Source of the DNA: Podospora anserina | Lineage: Eukaryota | Assembly: GCA_017654855.1 (NCBI GenBank) | Contig: CM030335.1 | Location: 3,658,001-3,722,000, forward strand | Length of the DNA stretch: 64,000 bases | Reading direction: 5' to 3' | Shown here: piece after piece, positions 35,967-47,401 of the stretch | How positions within the stretch are numbered: the first letter of the stretch is position 1 | Layout of the letters: each line of letters begins with the position of its first letter | Position numbers and translations under genes: made by a program | The notes under the pieces: model-generated | Databases searched by the model: none | The model's input: the letters and a program-made list of their open reading frames with translations, nothing else | What the model was told of the DNA's origin: nothing

Positions 35967-37124
35967 CTACACGAGAACGACCACTTTGGCCGCCGACACA
36001 CCCTTCTTACAGATGTCGAAACCCTCTTGGATCTTCTCTAGCCCTTTCCCTTCGACAACTTGTGGCTCAGGCGACGGCACAAACTCACCCTTCCCTAATG
36101 CCTGCGCCAAGTACACATTCCATATCGCTTTAGCCACATCTTTGTTCTTGTCATCACCAATATCACTTCCCCAGATGAACTTGTACCCCACGCCCTTGAT
36201 CTTGGCCTTGGCCACTGTCGTGATGCCAGCCCACACCATATCAACCACAAGCTTCACCATCCCAAACGCCCCCAACCCAAGAAACTCGCCGGGATCCTTG
36301 GACCCGCTTACCTGCGAAACAAACTTTGGCTGACCCTCCACAGTCCTGGAGCCACCCAAGATGTTGATACATCTTGGCAATGCCCCTGCCCCAATCGCCA
36401 CAGCCCCAGCACACACCTTGTTCTCACTCTTTAGCTTGCCAATGATGTCCCCCACCACACTCTCACTCTTGTAATCCCACACCTCCGCCGCCCCCAATCG
36501 CCGGACATGCTCCCAATTACCCGCCGAAGCAGTAGTGTAAACCTCATACCCCGCCGCTCTGGCAAGCTGTATCGCGTTACTCCCCACGCTCGTCGCCCCA
36601 GCCCACACAATAACCACCTGATTCTTGTCATCTCCCCTCGGCGAAGTCGGCAACGCCAACCCCAACCCGCCCTGATCCCGCCCCAAAAACAGCGCCGTGG
36701 CGGCAGTCGAAAACCCCAAAGGTAAAACAGCCGCCTGCTCGAAACGGACATGATCCGGTATCCTGGCGACGAGGTGCTCACGAACAAGGACGTACTCCTG
36801 AAACGCGCCCTCGGCCGAAGAGTTAGACCGGCGGTCTGTCCCGAAGGCGTGAGCGACGACCCTGTCGCCGGGGACGAACAGATGGGAGGAGGAGCGGACT
36901 ACCGTGCCGGCGACGTCGGAACCGAGGATGACGGGGTAGCGGAGGTAGGAGAAGAGGGGGTTGCCGGGGGATTGGATGAACCAGTCTACTGGGTTTATGG
37001 CCACGGCTTGGGATTTGATGACGAGGAAGTTGGCTGGGGGCGGGGAGGGGGGTGATGGGGCGGGTTTGATGTCCAAGGGGGAGGAGTTTTTGGAGGTGAG
37101 CCAGGCGGCGGTGTTGGAGGACAT
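35967..37124 (-). CDS. MDR-superfamily trans-enoyl-reductase-like oxidoreductase (CipB-like)
   Basis: 'AVAINPVDW', 'YPVILGSDVAGTV', 'GAFQEY', 'WAGATSVGSNAIQLARAAGYEV', 'GVSAAKVVV'. Confidence 0.92.
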   Translation of the reverse strand: MSSNTAAWLTSKNSSPLDIKPAPSPPSPPPANFLVIKSQAVAINPVDWFIQSPGNPLFSYLRYPVILGSDVAGTVVRSSSHLFVPGDRVVAHAFGTDRRSNSSAEGAFQEYVLVREHLVARIPDHVRFEQAAVLPLGFSTAATALFLGRDQGGLGLALPTSPRGDDKNQVVIVWAGATSVGSNAIQLARAAGYEVYTTASAGNWEHVRRLGAAEVWDYKSESVVGDIIGKLKSENKVCAGAVAIGAGALPRCINILGGSRTVEGQPKFVSQVSGSKDPGEFLGLGAFGMVKLVVDMVWAGITTVAKAKIKGVGYKFIWGSDIGDDKNKDVAKAIWNVYLAQALGKGEFVPSPEPQVVEGKGLEKIQEGFDICKKGVSAAKVVVLV

Positions 37125-38021
37125 TGTGATGGGTGTGGTTTGGGGTGTAGGTAGGTAAGTTGATGGTGGAGGGGGGCAAAAGAGGGGGGTTCATATCGGG
37201 TGAGATTGATGTTATCGTGGGCTGTGACACGATGTACAGTACGGAGTAATCGGTTGCGGGAGTTGGTACGGAATGTCCCAGCCAATGAAAGAGAGAGACG
37301 GCAGTGGATGTTGGTTTGGGGGTGCAGAGAGAGTTGACCGTCTGCCAATAAGATGGGAAGCGAGAAGATCAAGACAGGAACCTTGCATGTCAGACAAAGA
37401 ATCGATTTTGGGCAGGCTATTGGTGACAATCACAGGTCAGTCCAGTCACTTACACTGGTCGCCGTCTGCATGACATCAAATCAGCATGAGTTTTAGGTGG
37501 AGAATGGCACTCGTCTAAAGTCAAAGGCTGGTAATAAGCGTGGTTCAAATCACAAAGTGTAGAGATATATGCCACCCGGCCTACCCTGTGGGTAGGATGT
37601 CCTTTTGGTTCCACACAAAGATTTGGGGATCTCACTATAGGGATCCTGATGGAAAGTTAAACCTTGGATTCTATAATCTCTTTGGATATCTATCTAATGC
37701 ACTGGAAGCCTTTTGTGTTTTGTCCCCCTAGATCTTCTCTTCTTTTTGCGGTAATGAGATCTTGAAAGTCCTCAATCCTTCGTGGGCGATGTCTAGGTTG
37801 ACAGGAATTTTGTTGTCTAACCCTTCCATTCCAAAGTGTTTCGGGACGAGCAGTGCATGATTTGTTGGAGGTTGTGTAGTGCGTATGGCAACCGTGAGCT
37901 TGTGTTGTGTTTTGTAGCATGGGGAAGGGGAGAGAGAAGCTGGGCGTTCTCTGATGGCAAATGGACCTCGATATTGGTGCTTTTATTCCATGGACGATCA
38001 ATTCTAGTCAGGGGTATAACG

Positions 38022-39410
38022 TTAACGCAACAACAGCCGCAGCAGTTCGTGCCAGCGGGAGTTTGTGGTGCATGCTGCATCTAGGCACCAAACTACACGC
38101 TTCAGTTCATGGTCTGCCGTGATCCCCCAGGTGTCTGGGTCCCAACTTCGGAGCCATTCCCTAGAGCCCTAGAGGTAGGCGCCAGCCTTTGTTCCAAGGG
38201 TGTGGAGATTCTTCTCAGACACTTGAGATAGATACGATCGGAATCACCTTCCTGGATCCAACAGTACTGTGCGTCGCACTCGGAGCACTGATATGAGTGG
38301 CAAGACATCTTTGTTTGAGATGTGAAGGTCGCCGACCATTCCTTTTCATAAGGTAGAAAGTGCCCACGACGGTGAGGTTCTTTGATCGAACGACAGCGGC
38401 AGCACAGCTCCATCGAGACCCGGCTATGAAGACAGCCATGACTGAGGGGCTGCCAAGTTTCCCGGGGTTGCAAAGGGGTTTCGGGAGGGTCGAAGCATGC
38501 GCACTGATTGTGCTCGAACGGCAACAGTAATTGGCCGTCCGGAAATGTGACATGGGAACAGAGTCTATTTCCAGACGCAGCCTGGTTTTGGAGAAGTAAA
38601 CAGCCGCGGAGATACTGTCTCGAAACTGGGACTGAGGTGTTGAGGTCGAAGGCCAAGTAGGTCCAACCAATGTGAACCGATACAGGACGAGGATCGATGA
38701 GTTGCATTTGGCCGTTGGTTAAAGGCCGAAAGACGAATGGAGCGTATGCAGCCGTGGTATATGTGGAGTTCGCACAGGAAGAGCAAAGGATGCCATGTAA
38801 GTGAATTGGCGTCCTTACCCTCTCAGTTGCGTGTCCAACGAGGTCTGCCCACCTGATCACTTTGTGGGCACACATTCTCACAGCACCCTGGGTCCTAAGA
38901 CAGATGCGACGAAACTTTGACTCCTGGCGTTGGCTTAATGAGAACAGGAACCAGGGGTGGCTTCCTTGGCAGGCGTGGCACCACAGTGTCAGGTCTGCTG
39001 CCCAGCAGTCGCCATTTGACATATCCGACTAACATCGCGCCGCGGCAGCTGACACACTTTCCAACGCCATTATCTTCTCGGAGAAGATCTGCCACTTGAG
39101 GCTTTTGTCGGCGTCTGTCAGCCTTGCTTCCGTGCAATGGCCACACCGCCAGCTGCCAGTTTGTTTCATCCAGGGATACGTTCGGCGGCGGAGTGGTGTG
39201 CCACACTTATAGCCCCGAGATGATGCGGAGAAACAAACTACATGTATAGCGAAGTATTTGTTGGGTGATTTCGTCTGTCAGATCCTTGGCGATATAGAGG
39301 AGAAGCTCCTCAGGTAGTCGATATAATGGGCTCCTGATGTAGTTGATGAACTGTCGTCGATACTACGATGGATCGTACTCTGGAACAGTTGGTATCTTGG
39401 TGGGTTCCAT
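38022..39410 (-). pseudogene. F-box plus Cys-rich domain protein, disrupted
   Basis: From ATG 39410: 'NYIRSPLYRLPEELLLYIAKDL...LRYTCSLFLRI' (F-box-like) with in-frame TAG (39363) and TAA (39207); frameshift near 39010 into 'LWCHACQGSHPWFLFS'; another near 38160 into 'WLRSWDPDTWG...VVWCLDAAC...*'. Confidence 0.75.
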
Positions 39411-40204
39411 CAGTTCACATGTCGTCGAAGTTGCCGTTTGAAATTGCAAGCTGGCGTGGTTATGGCTAGGCACAATTGCTGGTGTTACATGCAAACCAGC
39501 CATGATGTACAAGATATGAAAGATTGATAAGGTTGTTGTCGGCTGGTCAGCGGCAGGTTGTAGACCTTATAATGTGGTGGGAAAAGTGTCTGTTAGTCAT
39601 CTGCGTAAAAAGGTTAACAAAGTTCAGCTACGAGCCATACACTACAATGACTCACAAAACTTGGTAGATAACTGTTTCAATTCACCCTGTCCACATACTG
39701 GCCAAAAAAGCCTCTTGCTGTAAGGTAGACTGGAAAGGCGCCCAAGTCCTGCGCCCACAGAAGGGCTGGAGTAGGACAACGTCAATGCAACAGTGAAGAG
39801 CGATTGAGAAGAGCAACCAACTGGCCACGGAGCGACCACTTATGCTCAGTGCAACTCAAAACTTTAACTATTGCTACCTAGGGTATTCTATTCACAAAAA
39901 CCTTTCTGTTAGTCATCATCATTGGCAAGAGCAAAAAGTTAAGATAGAAACCTATAGGGGGAAGTAGTCTAACTAAGGTTGGCAATCTTGGTGGTATATT
40001 GATTGACACTGACATAAATTGGTATCACTGATACCAATCTATGATGAGAGGACACAATTTCTTTCCGTGATGCCTGTACAATCCAAAGAGCAATCCTCCC
40101 CTCAGCAAGGCAGGGGACCTTTTGATCAGACTGACATAAGGTACAAAATGGCAGAAGCCGGTTTCGGCGTCAATCAAAGAGGGAGTCTTTCCTTGGAGCT
40201 TTAG

Positions 40205-40837
40205 CTAACATTCATCCTCATCTTGGTGTCCGCCGTTGTTATCCTTGGCAGCGATGAACAGGAAGGTCCCAGCAAATACACCTATCAATACGGCAAGGAA
40301 GTATCCGACGTTCATCGTCATCACAGCCAACATTCTGGAAAGAATATACACAAGTCAGCCCCAAACTCAAGGATGGGCCAGTAGATATATGAGCACTTAC
40401 ACGAGATATGCATGACCTGCTATGGCCATATCGAAGCCTGCCCTCGCGAGTCTCAGTGAGAGTGGTGTGTCGAGCCAATAGCTTCGCAAACCCATTAGGA
40501 TTATCCGGGCACCGCTGACAGGTTTGACAGGCTGTGCAAGTGTTGGTATTGCATTGCTGGAGCCGGAGCCATGTATGTGCTCGTCAGTCTCCTCGTCGCC
40601 GCCAACTTTGTGTCGGTGGTATGCTGGGTACGACGACTTCCTCCCCCAGCTTGCGCGCTCAAGAGTGTGCCGGATGGCCATCAACACACGTGTCCACGCA
40701 GCAAGAACCACGAGAAAGATGCACGTTGCCGCGTAGTCGCCTGCGTTTTGGGGTTGCCACGAGGCCCAGAACAGTGGCGTTGATGTCGACAGAACGAACG
40801 TCATAAGCATCGTTGACACGGGACCCTCGTGATGCAT
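40205..40837 (-). CDS. Ctr-family copper transporter
   Basis: N-terminal His/Met ('MHHEG..MLMTF'), 'TPLFWASWQP', TM2 with MxxxM ('MLAVMTMNVGYFLAVLIG') after intron ~40335-40400, GxxxG in TM3. Confidence 0.88.
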
Positions 40838-42144
40838 CTTTTTCGAGCTTGTGCTGGATAGAGTTGATCAAGATCGTAGCAGGTATTTCGATCGGGACGT
40901 GAAGGCGTGGAGGTGTCCCGTTGGGGCGCCTGGGCGCATCCCATATCATAATCAGTCTGGGACAGACGGGATGACTTGTTATCTGTTGAGACTTGAAACT
41001 CCCCGGTTGGCAGTCGGTCCCTGTCGAGAGGGTACCCGACTGCTTACGACCCACGCATCTTCGTTTACCTCTTCGTTGAGCAAGTTGTTTCCAGAGTCCC
41101 CTTTCAGGCCACCGGCATGCCATGCTCGCAGGGAACTACCTCACATGATATGATAGGTGCGAGGGCAGAGAAAGACGCAGGCCAGTGTCATTCGGGACGG
41201 AGTCTTAGGAAGGGGGGGCACAGTCAGCTCCTCTGCGTAGTATGTGCCTTCATCGGAAAGCTGTGTACCTTGCTGGCTGGCAAAGGCCTCGGTTAGAGCG
41301 CAATTGAGCACTTTATTATGCAGGGGTTTGCCCGATGGCCCCCCAATCCCCTTTCTCGTGGTGCAGGCAGGCTCCGAGTACAATCTCTAAGGAGTTATAA
41401 GCCACTGTTAGCCACAGAATGTCCGAAGATACGGTACCGAACACTGCTGGCCGAGTCTTTGAGACAGTTCGTGACAGCTTGATAGGTGTCAGCCAACGAG
41501 ACGAGACTATATTCAGATCCAGCCATGTCTGGCACCAGGTTATTTCACTCAATCAACGTCCGCACGTCATCTGGCTTGAGTCCCTTGTTGAACAACTGTA
41601 GCAGACTGAATTGATGATAAGCCCTTGATTCATCTTCATCATTTCACGTGGCAGCCGAGAAGCCAGCCCTCTCAAGCTGCACAGTACAGGCCCAGAGGTA
41701 TTGCTAGCAAGCCGAGCAGGCGGCTCACGTCCGTATCATTCAACCGAAGCTTCGACCCTAGGTGCCATCAGGCGGCAGTTCTCGGGTGCTGCTCATTATC
41801 AGGGGAAAGGCCTTCCATTTGACTGATTAATTTGGATGAGAGTTTTGAGCTCAGATGGCGAGTGAGAAAACAAGGCTGCGATGGAAACACCACACACACA
41901 TCCACAGCTGCTGCCAGCTGGGGGATGTGTGCCAAGCCTTGTCTGATGCGGGCTGAACTCGAACCAAAGCCCTCCCTCGATTCCCCCACTTCAGGGTGCA
42001 TCCAAACAACAACATCAACACCGTCGCATGTTTTGGTCCCCATTCTTCCCAAGTATCTTTGCCATCCCAACAACAGCTTTTATCCGGTCTGGGACCAGAG
42101 AATATAGATATCAAAATACATACCCAACTCTTTTCTTACTCACC

Positions 42145-43284
42145 ATGGACCAAGATCAGTTCGGCGGCCGCACCGATGATGACCTCTTTGCCGACGATAT
42201 CGAACCTGTCTCGTACGAGGGAGAGGCCGTTGTCCCCCCGCCGGCGACCACCTCCAAGCCAGAGTCCGCCGAGGTTCGTCAACAACCAGCGGCAGAGGTT
42301 ATACCAGACCCTCCTGTTCGCGCACAACTCGGGGGGCTAGCCCAGTCAAGACATAACTACCCAGACAGATCCCGCGCATCCAAAAACAAGAGCAACGACA
42401 ACAGGTCTTTTACCAAGGCACCACCTGCTTCGGCTCCCTCGAATACCACCAATACACCGGCGAACGCACCGTCGGGTCCGAAAAGCTATGTCCACAGGGG
42501 GAAATTGAAGCCAAACAACAACACCGCCGCGGCGAGCGATATCCGCACGCTGAGTGGCGGTATGCAACGCTCCAGGATGAGTCAGGCTGAGTCCGACAAG
42601 ATGATGGAGGAGAAAAGACTTGCTTCTGTTGAGAAGGAGCGGAAGTTCCAACGGATCAAACAGGATGAGGAGGAACACGCCATTGCTGTTGCCAAGGGCG
42701 AAGAAGAGGCATTGAAGCGCAAACAGGAGGAGGCTGCTGGCCTGAGAAAACGCAAGCCGAGAGATGCGCCCAAGCCGAAGCCGGCCCCGGTGGAGAGAAA
42801 CAAGTATGATGCAGACCGGATGCAAAACAAGGGTCGTAAAGGGACGAGAGCACCATGGGACCAAGACAAGGTGGATTTAGACCAAGCGGACGCCTTCAGA
42901 AAGGGGGCGAATCGCGAAGTAAAGGGATCAACAGGATCAGGGTTGGGAGCAAGCAGGTATGCTTCCCAGGAGCCGAGCCGTGAACATGTCGACCAGGAAA
43001 GCGATGCATTTGGAAAACACAGCTCTAGGCAGAACAAACAAGGGAGGACCTTGTTCGAAGCGGACGACGCATACAGACAAAAGCAGGAGGCGTTTAGACA
43101 GAACAAGGGCGGACATCACCCCTCGGCCGTGTCACAACCGCTCACAACCAAGTCAAGTCAAAATCCCAAGCCAACTGAGGACTTTCCAGTGCTACCGTCG
43201 TCAGGCCCTACCGCTACAAACACGGTGGTCAGTCCCAGTTGGGTGAAGCCGGTTGGAGATTGGGCTGAGGACGTTGAAGGGTAG
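42145..43284 (+). CDS. Hypothetical low-complexity protein with central charged coiled coil
   Basis: ATG 42145 in CACC context; 'RTDDDLFADDI' start, K/E-rich helix, 'EDFPVLP' and 'DWAEDVE' end motifs. Confidence 0.8.
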   Translation: MDQDQFGGRTDDDLFADDIEPVSYEGEAVVPPPATTSKPESAEVRQQPAAEVIPDPPVRAQLGGLAQSRHNYPDRSRASKNKSNDNRSFTKAPPASAPSNTTNTPANAPSGPKSYVHRGKLKPNNNTAAASDIRTLSGGMQRSRMSQAESDKMMEEKRLASVEKERKFQRIKQDEEEHAIAVAKGEEEALKRKQEEAAGLRKRKPRDAPKPKPAPVERNKYDADRMQNKGRKGTRAPWDQDKVDLDQADAFRKGANREVKGSTGSGLGASRYASQEPSREHVDQESDAFGKHSSRQNKQGRTLFEADDAYRQKQEAFRQNKGGHHPSAVSQPLTTKSSQNPKPTEDFPVLPSSGPTATNTVVSPSWVKPVGDWAEDVEG

Positions 43285-43613
43285 GTAAACGTCGTCTATG
43301 AGGTTGGATACAGCGGCATTGGATATAACACTCTTTCTGGAAACAATCGACGGCGTCCATTTTATTTGCGGACATTCTACCTCCTAAATTCCTTCAAGGT
43401 GCTCTACGTGCTCTTCACACCGCTTGGAGTTTTCGCTGATGCTCATCTTGGGTGATTCTTGCCAAGCAGGACATGCGCCGGACTTGAGTGTTGTTCTGTA
43501 TTGAACCGTGGTAAAGCTTGCGTGGTGGCAAGTGTGAACACCCGAGAATGGTTCAGGCAATTATTGGACCACCTGTTCTATTATTTGCATAGTGCCAAGG
43601 CCCCTCTACGTCT

Positions 43614-45579
43614 TCACTCCTTCAAAGCTCCCTCTATGCTTTGGGCCGTGTCAACGGTCTCAAGCTTGTCAGGTTTTGTGCCTGATTCATCTGAGGCGTT
43701 GCCAGTCTTGCCCTTCTTGAGCTTTTCCACCAACAAACCAACACGCTCCTGAATCCTCTTCTTGAGCGCAGCCAGACCCACCTCAGGCCCTTCATCCGCA
43801 GCCACGAACCTCCTCACCAGGATATTGAACATGCCTCCAAATGCCAGTGCGATAGCTGTAGAAGTAAAAATGATAACGTTATATGGCATGCTGAAATCCG
43901 GGGTCGGCAAACTGCACAACAAGGACGTGGTTCGGAGGTTGTAGGCAGCCGGGCTCAAAATGGTAATGACGGCAGCCGCAACATCAAACCCTCTGTTGGC
44001 ATCCGGGGGGTATTCGGTATATCGGAGAATGGATTTCTCAAAGTCGTAAATCAAGAAGACGGTGGATGCTGGCGGGACGCGCATGCGCACTTCGAGCTGC
44101 GTGCCCCTTGCACGGTCGACAGCCGGGCGATAGTAGACCTCCTTGATCAAGGAGTCGTCCTTGGCGGTCTGCCCCTGAATACGAGCGGACATGGTGTGCA
44201 GGTAGATGCGCATGAACCACGGAAGAGACTCCATGTAGACAAACTCGACTTCCGTGTCGGGACTTGGGTTGTGTAGGATGGTTTGCACACCACCGCGTTC
44301 CTGGCCATGACCCGTGAAGCTGCGCTCGGCGTATAGCAAAGGAGTCTCTGGTTTGACGACAACAGCTGACTCATCTTCCGGGGCCGGTAGCACAATCTCG
44401 AAATCAACGTCTGGCTGGATCTCAAAGCAGCGCGAAACCCGGTCGAGATTCTTCTTTTCGAGGACGCCATCGGAGTGAAAAACGCTGCGCGAATCCGGAA
44501 CATGGAGGCAAACCGGTGGAACGGCTGGGTCTGTCAAGGGGCATGTTCCCTTCATCGTTCTGCCAAAGATTTGGGACAGCGTCCAGTCTTGGTTGGCCTG
44601 GTGATCGGTCGGGAAGCACGTGTCGGGCGCGTGGTACGGTTTCGAGGTATTGCAGGGGAGCTCATGGCCGGGAGGGGGCCTAGGAATCGGGTTACCTGGA
44701 CCATGTTAGCGAATGACAGTCCCTCGAAAATCAGGGAAAGCCCATACCCCTCGGCCGTTTGGACCGGTCAATATCAAGGACCATATCTATGGTCAGCTCG
44801 ATCTGCAAGACGCACTCTGCACCGGCGGGGCAGATAGGCTTGACATCAATAGCCATGCTCTGCCATGAGGCATCAAACAGCTTGTGTCCATCGAGCAGGG
44901 TGGCAATGCCCGCCTTGCCCTTGCATGGTAGAAGCTTCAGGAAAGGGGTAAGGTTCTCGGTGCACACCACCTCATGGGGCAGAACGCCATAGAGCAAATG
45001 TGTGTCGGCGGCAGTCATATTCAGATGGTCGCCCTCGGGCTGGAAGGACATAACGGGTCGGGTGGTTCGGGTGCCATCGATGAAGTTGAGCGAGGCGCAA
45101 AAGAGGCCAGAGAGCGCATTCGTCAGCGTCAGCCATTTGTGATCGGCCCTGTAGCCCAAAGCTGTCAGTTCGTGGGAGCGGAACGGAAATCATTGTGAAG
45201 AGTCATACTCCTCGTCCGTCGCAGCTTGCAGCCAAGCCCACAGCTCGACGCCTGTTCCCCCTTCCCTGGCGCCGCCCCATGGTCTCGCGCCCCAGCTCTC
45301 GGAATCCCACCTCCCCAGGCTAAACCTCAGGTGCAGCTCTTGGGTGCCGGCATGTTGGAGAATTTGTCCGAGCGATCGAGGGAAGAATCGGAAGTTGTGC
45401 GCTTCAAATTCGGAGAGCGAAGTGTTGGATCGGAAATTGAAGCTTGCTAAAAGTGCCGACAGAGGCAGTGGTCGAAGGACGAGCTGTTCGTGGTAGTCTG
45501 CCGCGGCGGCGGATGCTGAAGAAAGAAGAGAGGAAAAGGAAACGAACGAGAGCAAAGCGAAGGAAAATAGTTGACGCAT
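43614..45579 (-). CDS. GPI16: GPI transamidase subunit Gpi16/PIG-T
   Basis: 'YHEQLVLRPL', 'ELHLRFSLGRWD', 'GTGVELWAW', 'LSGLFCASLNFID', 'EVVCTENLTPFLKLLPCKGKAGI', 'YPPDANRGFD', 'LPTPDFSMPYNVII'; two introns (~45150-45208, ~44696-44748). Confidence 0.96.
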
Positions 45580-46045
45580 TTTCCCAACAATCACGGCGGT
45601 CCGTCCATTGGCGCCGGGCAACACATACGGTACAAGAGAAGACTAAAAGTTTGATGTATTTCAGGGATCAAGAAGCCAGTGCATCGTAGGTGTGTGTCTT
45701 AGCTGTCGCGACGCACGCACGAGATGACGGCCACTGTCAGACACCGAGCGGCGCCCAGGGGTCAATTAGAGCCCCATAGTAACGGGTGGACCCCACATCT
45801 CCCAGCGTGTTGCATTTTCCAGCAACGCCAGCCTTGCAACGCGGCTGAACTCAAACCATTAGTTTATTTTCCAAAAAGCATCCCAGCCACACCTTGACGT
45901 CGACATCAGCACAGCATACAAACCAGTAACCAGTTGTCAGCGCTTTTCATCGCTATTTTTCCGATACCTGAACCTCCCGTCACTTACAACATTCAATCTT
46001 TCCCATTAGATATTTGCCTGTCTGTTCCCAAAGCCGGCCGGAACC

Positions 46046-46991
46046 ATGGCAGCTGAACAAAGAAAGCTTCTTGGTCAGTCCTCATCCCGTCCTATCGCTA
46101 TTCTTCTTTGCCTCCCTCCATGTCACTAACTCTCCTTTAGAGCAGCTGATGGGCTCCAACCTCACCACCCGCGCCGCCCAGCTTCCCCTAACCGACCCAA
46201 AAGTCTGCCGATCCTATCTCGTCGGCACCTGTCCCCACGACCTCTTCACCAACACCAAGGCAGATCTTGGCCCCTGCCCTCGCGTCCACTCCGAGCCGCT
46301 CAAGCAAGAGTACGACTCCCTCCCAGACCCCGAAAAGAAGAAACTCGGCTTCGAGCACGACTACCTGCGCGACCTGTCTTCGCGAATCGATGCCTGCAAC
46401 CGTAACATCGACACACTCCAGCGACGCTTAGAAAAGACGCCTGATGAAGTCCGGCAAACCAACGCGCTGTTGAAGGCTATCTCTGACCTCGGCTCAACAA
46501 TCGCGAATGGCCTGCTGGAGGTGGAGATTCTGGCTGAAACGGGAGAAGTAGGAAGAGCTTACGACGAATACTACAAGGTTCGACACGCCCAAGCGGCCAA
46601 GGCAGACAAAGAGAAGGAGCTTAAGGCGCTGAGTGAGACGTCTGGGCCATCGGGACATCAGAAGCTACAGGTGTGCGATGTGTGTGGTGCCTATCTCAGC
46701 AGGCTGGACAATGACAGGCGTTTGGCCGATCACTTCTTTGGCAAAATGCACTTGGGCTTCGCCCAGATGAGAAAGGCGTACGAATCTTTCCCCAAGGAAA
46801 TGAGAGGGAGGTACCAGGGCGGCGGCGGAGGTGGCGGCGGGCATGGAAGAGGAGTGCAGCAGATGGACGACGATATGGGCCATGTTCCCACGGGGCCGGG
46901 AGGAGGATTCGGTGATGGCTGGAATAAGGGGCCACGAGGCCCCCGTGCCGGCGGAGGATTCCGTCCGAGAGGGCCAAGAAGAGGGTGGTAG
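46046..46991 (+). CDS. LUC7: U1 snRNP-associated splicing factor Luc7
   Basis: 'MAAEQRKLL|EQLMG' across intron 46074-46140; ZnF1 'VCRSYLVGTCPHDLFTNTK'; ZnF2 'VCDVCGAYLSRLDNDRRLADHFFGKMH'; RGG-rich tail. Confidence 0.96.
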
Positions 46992-47401
46992 TTTATTTTT
47001 CAGGACGCCCGGTCGTATTTTCATTCTTTGGCTAAGACTGTTACTGCAGGTTGCATTGGCAAGGCGTTTTGGAGTTTTACAGATGCTGGGTTCTGGGCAC
47101 AATTTGATTTCATTGGTTGGAATTGTCATGGCCACACACAAAGGCCTCGCCCCAATCAACATAAGACAGAATTACGTGTAGGAAAAACATGTTGGGCGCC
47201 TAAATATATCCAGCTGCTTCATCTCACATTTTTTCTTCTGGCGAGCAGCTTCCTTCCTAAGCTCAACGCGGATGGTTTTGTCGAAAGTCAGCATGAAACC
47301 CACATGGGATGTGATGGGCATGCATTATTAGTTCTTTCATTGTGTTTACGCACTGCTTGCTTTAGACTTGTACATGGCTTGTTCCACCGGATAAACTCCC
47401 C

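Noticed and set aside
28261..37124. Secondary-metabolite cluster around the oxidoreductases and hydrolase
   Set aside because: No PKS, NRPS, terpene synthase or cluster transcription factor in the window.
39363..39365. TAG in the F-box gene as an A-to-I editing target
   Set aside because: The same gene also has a TAA and two frameshifts, so editing could not restore it.
6128..40837. GH55 + AA12 + AA11 + Ctr as a copper/LPMO cell-wall gene cluster
   Set aside because: Functionally tempting, but spread over 35 kb with many unrelated genes between them; no evidence without synteny or co-expression data.
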